64,000 nt of DNA from a virus. Numbering within the stretch: the stretch's first letter is position 1; each line of letters starts with the position of its first letter. A model generated the notes under the pieces. That model was not told the DNA's origin and did not search any database. It saw only the letters and a list, made by a program, of their open reading frames with translations. The DNA lies in the IMG/VR virus record IMGVR_UViG_3300047323_000545. One strand, 5' to 3'. Position numbers and translations under genes: made by a program. Positions 26,863 to 36,183 of the stretch are shown here, in pieces.

Positions 26863-27335
26863 CAGTGGGGGTGGTCTCCGCGCGCGGGCTCCTCGGAGGC
26901 GATGACGCCCTGGGTGCCGAGTTCGAGGATGTCGCGGGTGACCTCGTGGACCTTCTGGTCGTGGTCGAAGGCCTTCTTCGCGACGCGCCCGGCGATCTGG
27001 ATGTCGGGGATCTGGCGGCCGGTGAGGCCGCGCGCGAACCGGTCGTACTCGGCCTTCCAGCTGATGGTGATGGCGAACCCGAGCTGGTGGACTCGTTCCT
27101 TGGCCTCGCGCTCGAACTCCTCCTTGTCGAAGGCCTTGGCGGAGTAGCGGGTCAGCATGCTCTCGAAGAGGGCTTCCAGCTGGAGGATCTCGCTGTCGAG
27201 GATGTCGCCCTGGGCGGTCTCGCTGCGCTGGTGGACGCCGCCGTACTCGCGGTCGAGGAAGTCCGGGCCGGGGGCGGCAGCCGGGCTCTGGACGCCGGGC
27301 GGGAGGATGAGGCCGGACTGGTGGGGCGTGCTCAC
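26862..27335 (-). CDS. Hypothetical protein
   Basis: 157 aa, operonic. Confidence 0.7.
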   Translation of the reverse strand: MSTPHQSGLILPPGVQSPAAAPGPDFLDREYGGVHQRSETAQGDILDSEILQLEALFESMLTRYSAKAFDKEEFEREAKERVHQLGFAITISWKAEYDRFARGLTGRQIPDIQIAGRVAKKAFDHDQKVHEVTRDILELGTQGVIASEEPARGDHPH

Positions 27336-27988
27336 GAGGACTCCTTGGTTCCGTGGGAGGGGTGGTTGTCGAAGCCGAACGGCCGCAGGCGCACGACTCC
27401 CGGCGGGATGGACTCGTCGCAGACCACGGGGAACCCGAACAGATCGCCGGGGATCATCGGGCCGCCCAGGCGCCGCTCGGCCTCCCGGATGCGGAACCGG
27501 GACTTGAAGTCGTCCAGCGAGTCGGGGTGGACGGCGACCTCCTCGACAGGCTCCGTCTTCTTGACCGTCAGCTCTCCCCGGAGTCCGGGCTGGCCGGTGA
27601 GGGCGCAGCGGGTCTCACACGGGGAGACGACCTTGCAGGAGATGCACAGCCCGTTGTCTGCAGACGCAGCGTGCAGGTGCAGGGCGGCGCTGATGCGGGC
27701 CTGGGTGGCGGCGGCCTCCATGCGGATCTGCATGGCGTAGGTGGCGCCGTCCAGGAGTTCGTCGAGCAGGTCCTGGTGGGGGTCGCGGCCGTTGAAGGTC
27801 TGCAGGGGGCGGCCGTACCTCTGGATGCCCAGTGCCCGGCGCTCCATGATCTTGGCGGCCAGATTGTTGGCTCCGGCGCCAAGACGCGGGCTGGCCAGGA
27901 TGTGTGCGATGAGAGCGTCCTGGACGTTCTCATCGCCCTCGGTGGGCAGGGGCTGGTCGCCGTCTCGCTGGCGGAGGTTCTCAGTCAT
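27332..27988 (-). CDS. Putative MazG-like all-alpha NTP pyrophosphatase-related protein
   Basis: R..LG..RYG..L.......DLLDELLDGATY helical motif. Confidence 0.45.
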   Translation of the reverse strand: MTENLRQRDGDQPLPTEGDENVQDALIAHILASPRLGAGANNLAAKIMERRALGIQRYGRPLQTFNGRDPHQDLLDELLDGATYAMQIRMEAAATQARISAALHLHAASADNGLCISCKVVSPCETRCALTGQPGLRGELTVKKTEPVEEVAVHPDSLDDFKSRFRIREAERRLGGPMIPGDLFGFPVVCDESIPPGVVRLRPFGFDNHPSHGTKESS

Positions 27989-28071
27989 CAGTGGTTGTCC
28001 AGCCAGAAGAGGAAGGCGCAGAAGCCAAGCCAGGCGATCGTGCAGATCGTGCGGCGGGCGTTGTCGGACAC
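27988..28071 (-). CDS. 27-aa membrane peptide
   Basis: AGGAG RBS, hydrophobic, TGATG overlap. Confidence 0.45.
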   Translation of the reverse strand: MSDNARRTICTIAWLGFCAFLFWLDNH

Positions 28072-28088
28072 GGGTTCTCCTGTGGTGG

Positions 28089-29081
28089 TCAGGCGGCGGC
28101 GACGAGGGCGTGGCAGGAGTTGCAGCGTTCGGCTTCGTCGACCACGACGGCTCCGGCGATGTGCTGGAGGGTGGCGCGCAGCTTCCGCTTGTCGGGGTCC
28201 TGCAGGATCTTGGGGGCGTTGGCGGTGTTGGCGATGGCCAGCGTCATGTCGAGCAGGGTGGGTTCGTTGTTGCGGGAGAGCGCGACGGTGATGTCGGCGA
28301 GCGGCCTGACGGGCATCTTGTGCTCGGCGGCGACGCGGTGCAGGCGGATGATGCGGTCGCCTGCGACGGAGGTGTTGGCCAGGCGCAGCAGGTGCTGGGC
28401 GTCGTTGTGCAGGCGGGCGTCGGCGCGCAGGGCCTCGGCGGCGAGGCGTTCGCCGACCTTGTCGACGGAGACTCCCCGTGAGTCGATCTTGAGGGAGGGG
28501 TCGGGGATCTCGATCACCGTGGTGGTGTCCTCGTGGAAGAGGATCGGCGCGACGATGGGGGCGAGGTTCTGCCTGCGGTTCTGGCGGAAACGCAGGCCGC
28601 CCTGGATGCCGTCCTCGACGTGGTGGGCGAGGACGTCCAGGTGCAGTTCGTCGGGGGTGATCCAGGCGTCCAGCACGGTGGAGGAGGCCGGGTAGAGCCG
28701 GTGGGCGATGCGGACGAACTCCTCGGCCTCCAAGCGGGGCTTGGTCGGCTTGCGGACGTCGGTGATGCCCCGGTCGTTGTAGGTGATCGTCACCTCGCCC
28801 TCCGCGTGGGTCATCCGCATGTTCATCACGAAGTGCCGTTCCTCGGCGGTGATGCGGCGGAAGTACGCGGTGGGGATTTGGTAGAAGGCGCAGAGCAGCT
28901 CGATGGCCTGTTCGTCCAGGGTGATCTCGTGGTCGCCGAGGAGGATGGAGGGCTCGTGCTTGGCCTCTCGGGGGAAGTCGACCGAGGGGACGCAGGCGTC
29001 GGAGGTCCACTCGCGGTCGCGGTTCTTCCAGGCGAGATCGAGGTCGGCGAGGGTGGTGGTGGATGGCTCGCGGAGGTGCAT
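28089..29081 (-). CDS. Hypothetical protein (DUF932-like)
   Basis: AIELLCAFYQIPTAYF motif; the family call is weak. Confidence 0.55.
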   Translation of the reverse strand: MHLREPSTTTLADLDLAWKNRDREWTSDACVPSVDFPREAKHEPSILLGDHEITLDEQAIELLCAFYQIPTAYFRRITAEERHFVMNMRMTHAEGEVTITYNDRGITDVRKPTKPRLEAEEFVRIAHRLYPASSTVLDAWITPDELHLDVLAHHVEDGIQGGLRFRQNRRQNLAPIVAPILFHEDTTTVIEIPDPSLKIDSRGVSVDKVGERLAAEALRADARLHNDAQHLLRLANTSVAGDRIIRLHRVAAEHKMPVRPLADITVALSRNNEPTLLDMTLAIANTANAPKILQDPDKRKLRATLQHIAGAVVVDEAERCNSCHALVAAA

Positions 29082-29144
29082 GACGGGCTGTTCTCCTCTG
29101 GCGGAAGGAGTGGTGGTGGTTTCCGGCTGGCGGACCAGAGTTTT

Positions 29145-29792
29145 TTACATTTGTTGCTGGTTGCTTTGTGCCATGGCGAGCAGCACGGGATTTCTGCTGA
29201 GCGCCTGGGCGAAAGCCTGCCGGTTCTCTGGCGGGATGAACTCGACAGCGGTCTTCATGTACTCCATGAGGATTGCGCGCCACTTCTTGTCGTCCAGCCC
29301 GCCCTCGACAGAAGCGTCGATCTTCTGCTTGAGGTCGATGGCCTTCATCAGGTCGGTGGCGCCGAGTTTGATTTCTCCTCGTTGAAGGGCGTCGAAGCCC
29401 TTCAGGACGACCATATCCAGGGCGGAGAGGTGGTCTGCGACACGGCCGCCAAATTTTTCTATCTCGTCGCCGAGTGCCTCGGTGCGGCGTTCGAGGATGG
29501 CGGCCTCGGCGCGAGCACCCAAGGGGAGGTGGCGGTCGGTGTGGCTGCGCAGGGCCTTCTCGGTGGGGTGGCCGAGGGGGCCTTCCTCCATGTCCTTGAG
29601 CCAGGCGAGGATGGTGGGCCGGGTGTAGCCCTCCAGGATCCATGCCTCGATCTGGGCGCGGTGGGGGGACTGGCAGACGCGGCAGCGGAGGCCGGTCTTG
29701 GCGGGCACGGTGCGGTTGCCGACGCGCACCATGACCATGCTGACCGGGCCGGAGGTGTCGGGGTCGAGGACCTCGGGCAGGTTGTCGCTCAC
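29145..29792 (-). CDS. Zn-binding DNA-binding protein (possible terminase small subunit)
   Basis: CRVC...HTH-like...HxxxH followed by a helical C-terminus. Confidence 0.5.
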   Translation of the reverse strand: MSDNLPEVLDPDTSGPVSMVMVRVGNRTVPAKTGLRCRVCQSPHRAQIEAWILEGYTRPTILAWLKDMEEGPLGHPTEKALRSHTDRHLPLGARAEAAILERRTEALGDEIEKFGGRVADHLSALDMVVLKGFDALQRGEIKLGATDLMKAIDLKQKIDASVEGGLDDKKWRAILMEYMKTAVEFIPPENRQAFAQALSRNPVLLAMAQSNQQQM

Positions 29793-30082
29793 TCTTCGGC
29801 CTTCAGCGGGACTCTGTGCTGCGGCCGGGCGACGCCTTCGGCGGCGTTGAGGTGCGGGTGCTGGCGGTTGATGGCCCGGTGGAAGGAGCCCTTGCGGACG
29901 GCTCCGTCGGGGGTGCCGCCGGGCACGAAGACCTCGCGCTTGAGGCGGTTCTGCAGCATGTACTCGGTGAGGATCAGCGCCTTGGCCTCGGGGTCTGGGT
30001 TGTCCAGGAAGGACTGGCGCAGGATCGCGTTGGCCTGGGCTTCGAGGTCGGCATCGACGCCGTTACGGATGCGGTCGCTCAT
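29789..30082 (-). CDS. Hypothetical protein
   Basis: Overlap-coupled. Confidence 0.65.
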   Translation of the reverse strand: MSDRIRNGVDADLEAQANAILRQSFLDNPDPEAKALILTEYMLQNRLKREVFVPGGTPDGAVRKGSFHRAINRQHPHLNAAEGVARPQHRVPLKAEE

Positions 30083-30471
30083 GCTGCCACGACCTCCAGC
30101 CCCTCGTCGGCGCTGCCGTTGCCGGGGATGACGCCTGCCTTGATCAGCTCGTTGAGGCGGACGAGTCCCTGGGTGGCGTAGGAGGCGACGGGGTTGTCCT
30201 CGGAGACGCCCATGAGGCGGGCGACTTCCCGCTCGGGCCGGTTCTCAATGAGAAACAGCTGAATTGCCTCGCGCTGGCGAGGAGAAAGCAGGTGCTTTCC
30301 GTTTTCGCCGCGCCTTTCGACGGCGTTCTTGTAGAGGTGGACGATGTCGTGGATGCAGTACTCGGTACCGTCCGGGCCAGTTATCGTGTCCATACCCTCC
30401 GTTTCATAGAGGGTGTTCCACGCCTGGAGATGCCGGAACAGTTCCCGGAGCACGCGCACGTCAATGGTCAT
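30079..30471 (-). CDS. Sigma-70 region-4-like HTH protein
   Basis: LSPRQREAIQL...EREVARLMGVS. Confidence 0.75.
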   Translation of the reverse strand: MTIDVRVLRELFRHLQAWNTLYETEGMDTITGPDGTEYCIHDIVHLYKNAVERRGENGKHLLSPRQREAIQLFLIENRPEREVARLMGVSEDNPVASYATQGLVRLNELIKAGVIPGNGSADEGLEVVAA

Positions 30472-30620
30472 GCAGGCGGGTTCCTTTACTGACGCGTGGC
30501 GGTCGCGCCTTCCCGGATGTGCATGTGGCGGCAGCACATCTGGAATTCTGTGTCAGCATAAGCAGGCCCCCGCCCGCAACTCCAACTTTTCGTCGATCGA
30601 AGTTGGACCACAGACAGGAC

Positions 30621-31349
30621 TCAGGCCGTCAGGGAGTCCTTCAACCTCTGGCCGAGCAGCTCCATGCCGTCGACCAGGTGCTCGGCGGCACGGGAAAGCT
30701 CGGCCTGGAAGATGCCGAAGTAGCGGTGGTCGGCGGAATGCAGGCGGCCTCGCTGGGTGCGCTCCTCGACGGTGACGCGGCCGGTCGGCGCGACGAACCC
30801 TTCGGCCATGGCCTCCTCCCAGCGGGCGCGGGCGAGCATGGCGGGCATGCGCTTCCAGTTGTCGACCTTCAGGCGCCATTCCAGCAGGCCCATGGTGATG
30901 GAGAGCATGAAGCCCTCCTTCTCCCTGTCGGTGAGCTTGGAGTAGTCCTCGATGTAGGCGCCGGACGGGAGTCGCTTCCACACTGGCCAGCCGAAGATGT
31001 CGGTCTCGATCTCCCCGGTGCTCTCGTTCACGACCGGCTCGCGGGCGATGCCCCAGATGTCGTTGAGGATCAGGAAGATGCCGGGGAACTCACGGTGGAT
31101 GATGCCGTCGGCCAGCTCGGCCAGGCCACGGACGGAGGCGCCGTCCTCTTCGAGCCAGTCGTGGCGCATCCGTGCGGTGCGGGAGTAGTTCGGCCGGGTG
31201 AAGTCCCGGGCGCGGTCGGGGTCGATGTCCGGGGTGAGCGGCTCGTCGGCCTCGTGGGCGAGTCCGTTGATGACACGGTTGGCCTGCTTGACGGCCTGCG
31301 TGTCGCTGAGGAACTGGGCGAACTCGGCGACGTCCTCAGCGCTGTTCAC
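30621..31349 (-). CDS. Hypothetical protein
   Basis: 242 aa, operonic. Confidence 0.7.
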   Translation of the reverse strand: MNSAEDVAEFAQFLSDTQAVKQANRVINGLAHEADEPLTPDIDPDRARDFTRPNYSRTARMRHDWLEEDGASVRGLAELADGIIHREFPGIFLILNDIWGIAREPVVNESTGEIETDIFGWPVWKRLPSGAYIEDYSKLTDREKEGFMLSITMGLLEWRLKVDNWKRMPAMLARARWEEAMAEGFVAPTGRVTVEERTQRGRLHSADHRYFGIFQAELSRAAEHLVDGMELLGQRLKDSLTA

Positions 31350-31990
31350 GCGGCGGCCTCCAGCTCTACGGCGGCCTCCTGGGCCTGGCGGTGCTTCTCG
31401 TCGAGGAGCCAGGCCAGGGCGAGCATGCAGGCGTCGCGGACGTGCTCGTTCCAGGGCATGAGCTTGCCGCTGGCCTCGGGCGGGGTGATGTACGCCTCGA
31501 CGGCTTCCTTGACGTGGGCCTTGGTGACGGGGTTCTGGCTGCTCCCGGCCCGGCCGACGATGAGCTTCTTGGCGTGGCGGTTGTCGACCATGACGGCCTT
31601 GCCGTCGGTGGCGCGGTGCACCTCGCGTCCGGCCAGGATGATGGACTCGGTGCGCTTGCCGTGGACCGGGGGCCGCTCGTAGATGATGTTGTCGACCATG
31701 GAGGCGTAGCCCTTGCGGTGGTAGGCGATGCCCGCGTGGATGTCCTCGGCGCGGGCGTAGTTGCCTTCCCAGCTCTGCTGGTCGGTGGCCGAGGTGGAGG
31801 GGCGGATCATGCCGGTGGCCAGCAGGGTGATGCCTTCGCCCCAGGAGCGGAGCAGGACCATACCGGTGTTGTTCAGGGACTGGTCGAAGGCCTGCACCGT
31901 GGCGACGGCGAAGTCGCTGAAGACGGGCGGGCGGAAGGCGTTGCGGCGGGCGAGGCGCTCGACGGCGGGTATGGCGAGCTGGTTCTTCAC
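31346..31990 (-). CDS. RuvC-like Holliday junction resolvase
   Basis: AFDQSLNNTG...IYERP...HVRDA. Confidence 0.8.
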   Translation of the reverse strand: MKNQLAIPAVERLARRNAFRPPVFSDFAVATVQAFDQSLNNTGMVLLRSWGEGITLLATGMIRPSTSATDQQSWEGNYARAEDIHAGIAYHRKGYASMVDNIIYERPPVHGKRTESIILAGREVHRATDGKAVMVDNRHAKKLIVGRAGSSQNPVTKAHVKEAVEAYITPPEASGKLMPWNEHVRDACMLALAWLLDEKHRQAQEAAVELEAAA

Positions 31991-32025
31991 AGGGGTCTCC
32001 GATGGCGGTCAGAGGAGGCGGAGGC

Positions 32026-32865
32026 TCAGGCGGCGAGCCCGGTCTTGACGGTGCAGCGGGTGGCGGGGCACTTGCGGGCCTTGGCGCCGCCGGGGCAGCA
32101 GGCGACGGGCGGCGGGGTCCCGGCGTCTACGTGGGCGAGGACGGTGCGGTACTTCGCCTCCAGGCGGGCGATGTACAGGTCGTCGCGGGGGATGGTGAAC
32201 TCGCGCATCACCCAGCCCTCGCTCATGGCGAGGAAGAGGATGAGCGCCTTCTGCTTGCCGGTGCAGGCCATGTACTCCTGGGCTTGGCCGTAGTACTTCG
32301 GCCACTTGATCTTGAAGGCGTCGAGGTCGTTGTTGTCGATGTGCCTGATCACCGGCGGGGCGCAGGTCTTGAGGTCGAAGATGCCGTCGCCGGGCTCGCA
32401 CCAGCCAGGGATGTCGAGCAGGCCGTCCATGTGGCCGCGTCGGCGGAGGCGGTCGTCGCGGACGCCCCACTCGTCGCACTTGCCGTTGCCCTTGCCGTGG
32501 GGCTTGCCGCAGCACACGCAGGTGCCCTTCGGGGGGACGAGCAGGCCGAGCTTGATCATGACGGTCTGGACGACCTCGTGCATGACGGTGCCCATGAGGA
32601 CGCTCATCCGGGGCCCGTAGTCGAACTCCGGCTCGTCCCACTTGTCCGGCTGGGCGAGGTAGTAGTACAGCTGGCGCTCGTCCATGGTCGGGTGGGTCGA
32701 GGGGTGGAACCAGCCGTCCGGCTCGCGCTTGGCGGCGTACGAGCGCAGGCGCACGACGAAGTTGGTGGGGAAGGCGCACTGCTGGATGGCGTTCTCGATG
32801 AGCGGGATGAGCACCAGGTCGCTGCCGATGGAGCCGACCCGGCGGAAGGAGGGGGTGAACGTCAC
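32026..32865 (-). CDS. Cas4/RecB-like PD-(D/E)XK exonuclease
   Basis: GTVMH...GHMDG...DLKT...QAQEY with a C-terminal Cys cluster. Confidence 0.82.
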   Translation of the reverse strand: MTFTPSFRRVGSIGSDLVLIPLIENAIQQCAFPTNFVVRLRSYAAKREPDGWFHPSTHPTMDERQLYYYLAQPDKWDEPEFDYGPRMSVLMGTVMHEVVQTVMIKLGLLVPPKGTCVCCGKPHGKGNGKCDEWGVRDDRLRRRGHMDGLLDIPGWCEPGDGIFDLKTCAPPVIRHIDNNDLDAFKIKWPKYYGQAQEYMACTGKQKALILFLAMSEGWVMREFTIPRDDLYIARLEAKYRTVLAHVDAGTPPPVACCPGGAKARKCPATRCTVKTGLAA

Positions 32866-33272
32866 GTGGTCGGCCCTGTCTTCGTCTTCTCCGGGTACAG
32901 CTCGACTACCTTGAGGGCTTTCGTCAGCATGGAGGCGGCTTGCAGCACCGTGAGTTCGTCAGTGCCCTTCGGCAGTCGCTCTCGGGCCAGTTCCAGGGCC
33001 AGCTCCTCGCGTGTCTTGGGCTTGGTCTCGGCCTTGTCGCTGCGGATCCAGGAGATCCAGTTCCAGGTGTAGACGCCGAACTTGACGGCGGCGACGGCGA
33101 GGAAGCCCCACTGGAGGGTGGCGAGCGAGTACGCGATCCAGACGGCCTGGGTGAACATCGCCCACAGCCAGCCCTTGGCGTTCTTCTTGCCGACGGCGCG
33201 CAGGGCGACCAGGCCGACCACGTCGAGGCTGGCGAGGATGTAGTTCCAGTCGTCTGCCATGTCAAGGTGCAT
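32862..33272 (-). CDS. PnuC-like small membrane protein
   Basis: GKKNAKGWLW...WIAY...YTWNWISW TM pattern. Confidence 0.55.
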   Translation of the reverse strand: MHLDMADDWNYILASLDVVGLVALRAVGKKNAKGWLWAMFTQAVWIAYSLATLQWGFLAVAAVKFGVYTWNWISWIRSDKAETKPKTREELALELARERLPKGTDELTVLQAASMLTKALKVVELYPEKTKTGPTT

Positions 33273-33286
33273 GATGAGGTCTCACT

Positions 33287-33742
33287 TCACTGATCAGCGT
33301 TGATGAGGTTGCGCGCGAGTTCTACGAGGACCGGGATGCAGCGCGGGCCCTGTTCGATGAGCGCCTGCAGGATGGGCTTGGCCTTGTGCCAGTTCTCGGC
33401 GGCGTCGCGCATCTCAGCGAAGTCCAGGAGGTCACAGACGGCCAGGTCGGCGTGGACTTCCAGGGAGGCGTTGTTGTAGAAGCGGAGTGCGAGCATGGGC
33501 AGTTCGCCGCTGGCTTGCTCTCCGGCCTTCTCCCACATGGCGCGGGTGATGCTGATGGACTTGGCCAGGGTGGACTTGCCGTCGACCGCGAAGGCGAAGG
33601 TGCACGTCGTCCGGTCATGCTTGGCGTCCATCTGGTCGCGCCACTGGTTGCCGCTCCCCCGGGTCTGGCGCATGCCCAGCACCTCGGCCAGCCGTTCCTC
33701 GTGCGCGTCGCCCATGCGCTTGTTGAGGCCCTTGTCGGTCAC
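33287..33742 (-). CDS. Hjc-like PD-(D/E)XK nuclease/resolvase
   Basis: GDAHE...GSGN...D...DGKST. Confidence 0.7.
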   Translation of the reverse strand: MTDKGLNKRMGDAHEERLAEVLGMRQTRGSGNQWRDQMDAKHDRTTCTFAFAVDGKSTLAKSISITRAMWEKAGEQASGELPMLALRFYNNASLEVHADLAVCDLLDFAEMRDAAENWHKAKPILQALIEQGPRCIPVLVELARNLINADQ

Positions 33743-33924
33743 GGCTTGACCCCCGCGAACCGACGGCGCAGGCGCCAGGCCGAGAAGCCGTTGACCGGCT
33801 TCCAGCGGTATCCGTCGGCGGTGCGGTAGACGCGCCTCCAGAAGGCTCCGCATCCGGCGCAGCGGGTGATGAGGGTTGCGCAGGGCTCCGGCGGGGGGAG
33901 GTGGTCGCAGGAGTGCCAGGTCAT
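33739..33924 (-). CDS. Small Cys-rich protein
   Basis: Overlap-coupled; HSC...CAGC. Confidence 0.55.
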   Translation of the reverse strand: MTWHSCDHLPPPEPCATLITRCAGCGAFWRRVYRTADGYRWKPVNGFSAWRLRRRFAGVKP

Positions 33925-34334
33925 TCGGCGTGGCCCTTCCGGACGCAGACGAGCTTGGCGGGCTGGGGCCAGTGCCAGACCACGGTCATGTCCGGGATCG
34001 GCTGGTTGTGGCAGGCGCAGCGGATCGGCTCGTCGCTCTCGATGTAGATCATCTTCTCCGGCGGGTTGTCCGGGTCGACGGGCAGCGCTTTGGCCGGGCC
34101 GTACCGGCGGACGAGGTGGCTGGCGGTGATGCCCATGAAGGCGCCCAGGACGATGGCGGTCAGGGCGGCCATGATGCCGAGCTTGTAGTGGATGTCCTGG
34201 GAGATCTGGTTGAGGTCGACCTGCTGGCCGACCACGTACCAGGCGTAGGCGATGACGAGGGCGCACAGGCTCATGACGGCGTAGAAGAACCAGGGCTCTC
34301 CAGCGATGGCCCATGCGCGCTTGAGGCGGTTCAT
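33921..34334 (-). CDS. Membrane protein
   Basis: Two TM segments. Confidence 0.65.
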   Translation of the reverse strand: MNRLKRAWAIAGEPWFFYAVMSLCALVIAYAWYVVGQQVDLNQISQDIHYKLGIMAALTAIVLGAFMGITASHLVRRYGPAKALPVDPDNPPEKMIYIESDEPIRCACHNQPIPDMTVVWHWPQPAKLVCVRKGHAE

Positions 34335-35458
34335 GCGGCTTCCTCCAGGATCTCGCCGGTGCTGGGGTCGACTCCGTCGGGGACGTCGTCGTAGGAGACG
34401 GTGTGGTCGGCCTTGACGTCACCGGAGATGGAGACGAGGGCCTTCTCCCGGATCACCTCGACCAGTTCGGGGCGCTCAGCGATGGCGGCCTCGACGCCGG
34501 GGCGTCCGCCCTTGACGGTGCTGCCGTCGGGGAACTCGTACGAGACGGTGGACAGGCGCTTGATGGCGCCGGTGGCGATGCCGAGGGTGATGGCTTCGTC
34601 GGCGCGGTCGATGCCGACGGGGCCGTACTTGTCGGTGGCGACGTTGCGGAACCAGAAGTCGGCCACGCGGCCCTGCGGGGCGAGCTTGTTGCGTTCGACC
34701 CGGGCGCGGATCTGGCGGGCGACTTCCAGCTCGGCTGGGGCCTTGGAGACGGCGTCGGTGATGGACACCTTCTTCGTCGGTTCGCCGGTCCGGCTCATCT
34801 TGATCTTCGTGGTGGTGTTGTACTTCAGGGCGCTCGGTCCGGCGGACTTCTGGCCGCCGCGCGGGTTGCCGATGTCGGCCCGGTACTGGTTCACGAAGAT
34901 CACGGCTGCGTTGTTCGCCCGGCACAGGCCCGCGACGCGCTTGACCATGCGGGAGATGACCTGGGAGTTCTTTCCCATGGCGGAGTCCTCTGCGCGCTTT
35001 TCGAAGGCGGCCTTGGACTCCATGCCGCCGACGGAGTCGACGGCGACGAGGGAGATTTCTCCATCTCGGAGGAACATGCTGATCTGGTCGGAGACGTCCT
35101 CGGAGTGGTCCGGGTAGATGTGGACGAACCGGTCTTCGTCGAGGTCCAGGCCGAGCTTCTCGGCCCACTCGAAGTCGAAGGACTGCTCCATGTCGATGAC
35201 CGCGACGCCCCGGTCGGGGAACATCCGCTGGGCGTCGACCATGGCGAGGATGCACTGGGTCGTCTTGCCCATGCCCTCGGGTCCGACGATCTCGTGAGTG
35301 CGCTTCAGGGCGAACCCGCCGCCGAGGGCGTAGTCGAGGGTGAGGCTGCCGCTGGATATGAAGGTGGGGCGGACCATCGCGTCGCGCCGGGTGACGCGGT
35401 CGCCGTAGACCTTGGTCAGGTCCGCGCGCAGCTTGGCGAGACGGCTCTTGGGAGGCAT
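34331..35458 (-). CDS. recA: RecA-family recombinase
   Basis: SSGSLTLDYALGGG, GPEGMGKTT, VDSV, FVNQYR. Confidence 0.95.
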   Translation of the reverse strand: MPPKSRLAKLRADLTKVYGDRVTRRDAMVRPTFISSGSLTLDYALGGGFALKRTHEIVGPEGMGKTTQCILAMVDAQRMFPDRGVAVIDMEQSFDFEWAEKLGLDLDEDRFVHIYPDHSEDVSDQISMFLRDGEISLVAVDSVGGMESKAAFEKRAEDSAMGKNSQVISRMVKRVAGLCRANNAAVIFVNQYRADIGNPRGGQKSAGPSALKYNTTTKIKMSRTGEPTKKVSITDAVSKAPAELEVARQIRARVERNKLAPQGRVADFWFRNVATDKYGPVGIDRADEAITLGIATGAIKRLSTVSYEFPDGSTVKGGRPGVEAAIAERPELVEVIREKALVSISGDVKADHTVSYDDVPDGVDPSTGEILEEAA

Positions 35459-35533
35459 GGTGCGGGGTCTCCTTGCGGGGAGTAGCTGATGGCGGTCAGC
35501 TGTGGCCAATGGCGGTTGGCTCGATTTCGCAGC

Positions 35534-36172
35534 TTACGCTGCAGGACTGACAGTGGCCTGGTTCTGGCCTTCCAGGATTTGCGCGGCCTGGCCCATCTCC
35601 CACTCAAGGGCCATCTCCAGCAGCGCCAGGCGCCTCAGGACGTACCTCTCGGACTGGTAGTCGCCAGGAGGGGCGGTGCGCGGGTCGCCGTACACGCGGC
35701 CCTCTTCGATGCGCAGGATGCTCTTGCTGGTGGACTGGATGCCGTAGCCCAGGGCTCCCCGGCTCATGCCGAAGGACATGCGGGATGCCTGGATGGCCTT
35801 GCCGAGACGGCGCCAGGCGGCCTGCGGGTAGGTGGAGCGGTCGAGGTTGGTGAGCGTCTCGTCCCGGAAGTGGGGGACGGAGGGGGGCGCGGTCGGGAAC
35901 ATGGCGGCCGTCAGAGCCTTGTCGACGTGGGCGCGGGCGGTGCCCTCCTCCCAGCCGAGGGCCTCATCGAGGCGAGAGAGGCTGAGTCGGCCGAGGCCCT
36001 CGGCGACGTCCGGCGGGATGAAGCCGCTCTCCAGGGCTGCGTACTGACGGACGGTGAGGCCGGTGTGCTGAGCGACGGAGGCCTGGGAGATCTGCAGGCC
36101 GTTGCGGGTCGCCTTGGCTGCGACACCGAGGGGGGACCAGTACGGGTGGCTGATGGAGGAGATGATCGACAT
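35534..36172 (-). CDS. Tandem XRE-HTH DNA-binding protein
   Basis: Two repeats ending LDEALGWEEG and LEMALEWEMG. Confidence 0.75.
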   Translation of the reverse strand: MSIISSISHPYWSPLGVAAKATRNGLQISQASVAQHTGLTVRQYAALESGFIPPDVAEGLGRLSLSRLDEALGWEEGTARAHVDKALTAAMFPTAPPSVPHFRDETLTNLDRSTYPQAAWRRLGKAIQASRMSFGMSRGALGYGIQSTSKSILRIEEGRVYGDPRTAPPGDYQSERYVLRRLALLEMALEWEMGQAAQILEGQNQATVSPAA

Positions 36173-36183
36173 GGCGGTGCCTC

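Noticed and set aside
32026-32865. Cas4-like gene as evidence of a CRISPR system
   Set aside because: No repeat-spacer array or other cas genes are present; solo Cas4-like nucleases are common in phage recombination modules.
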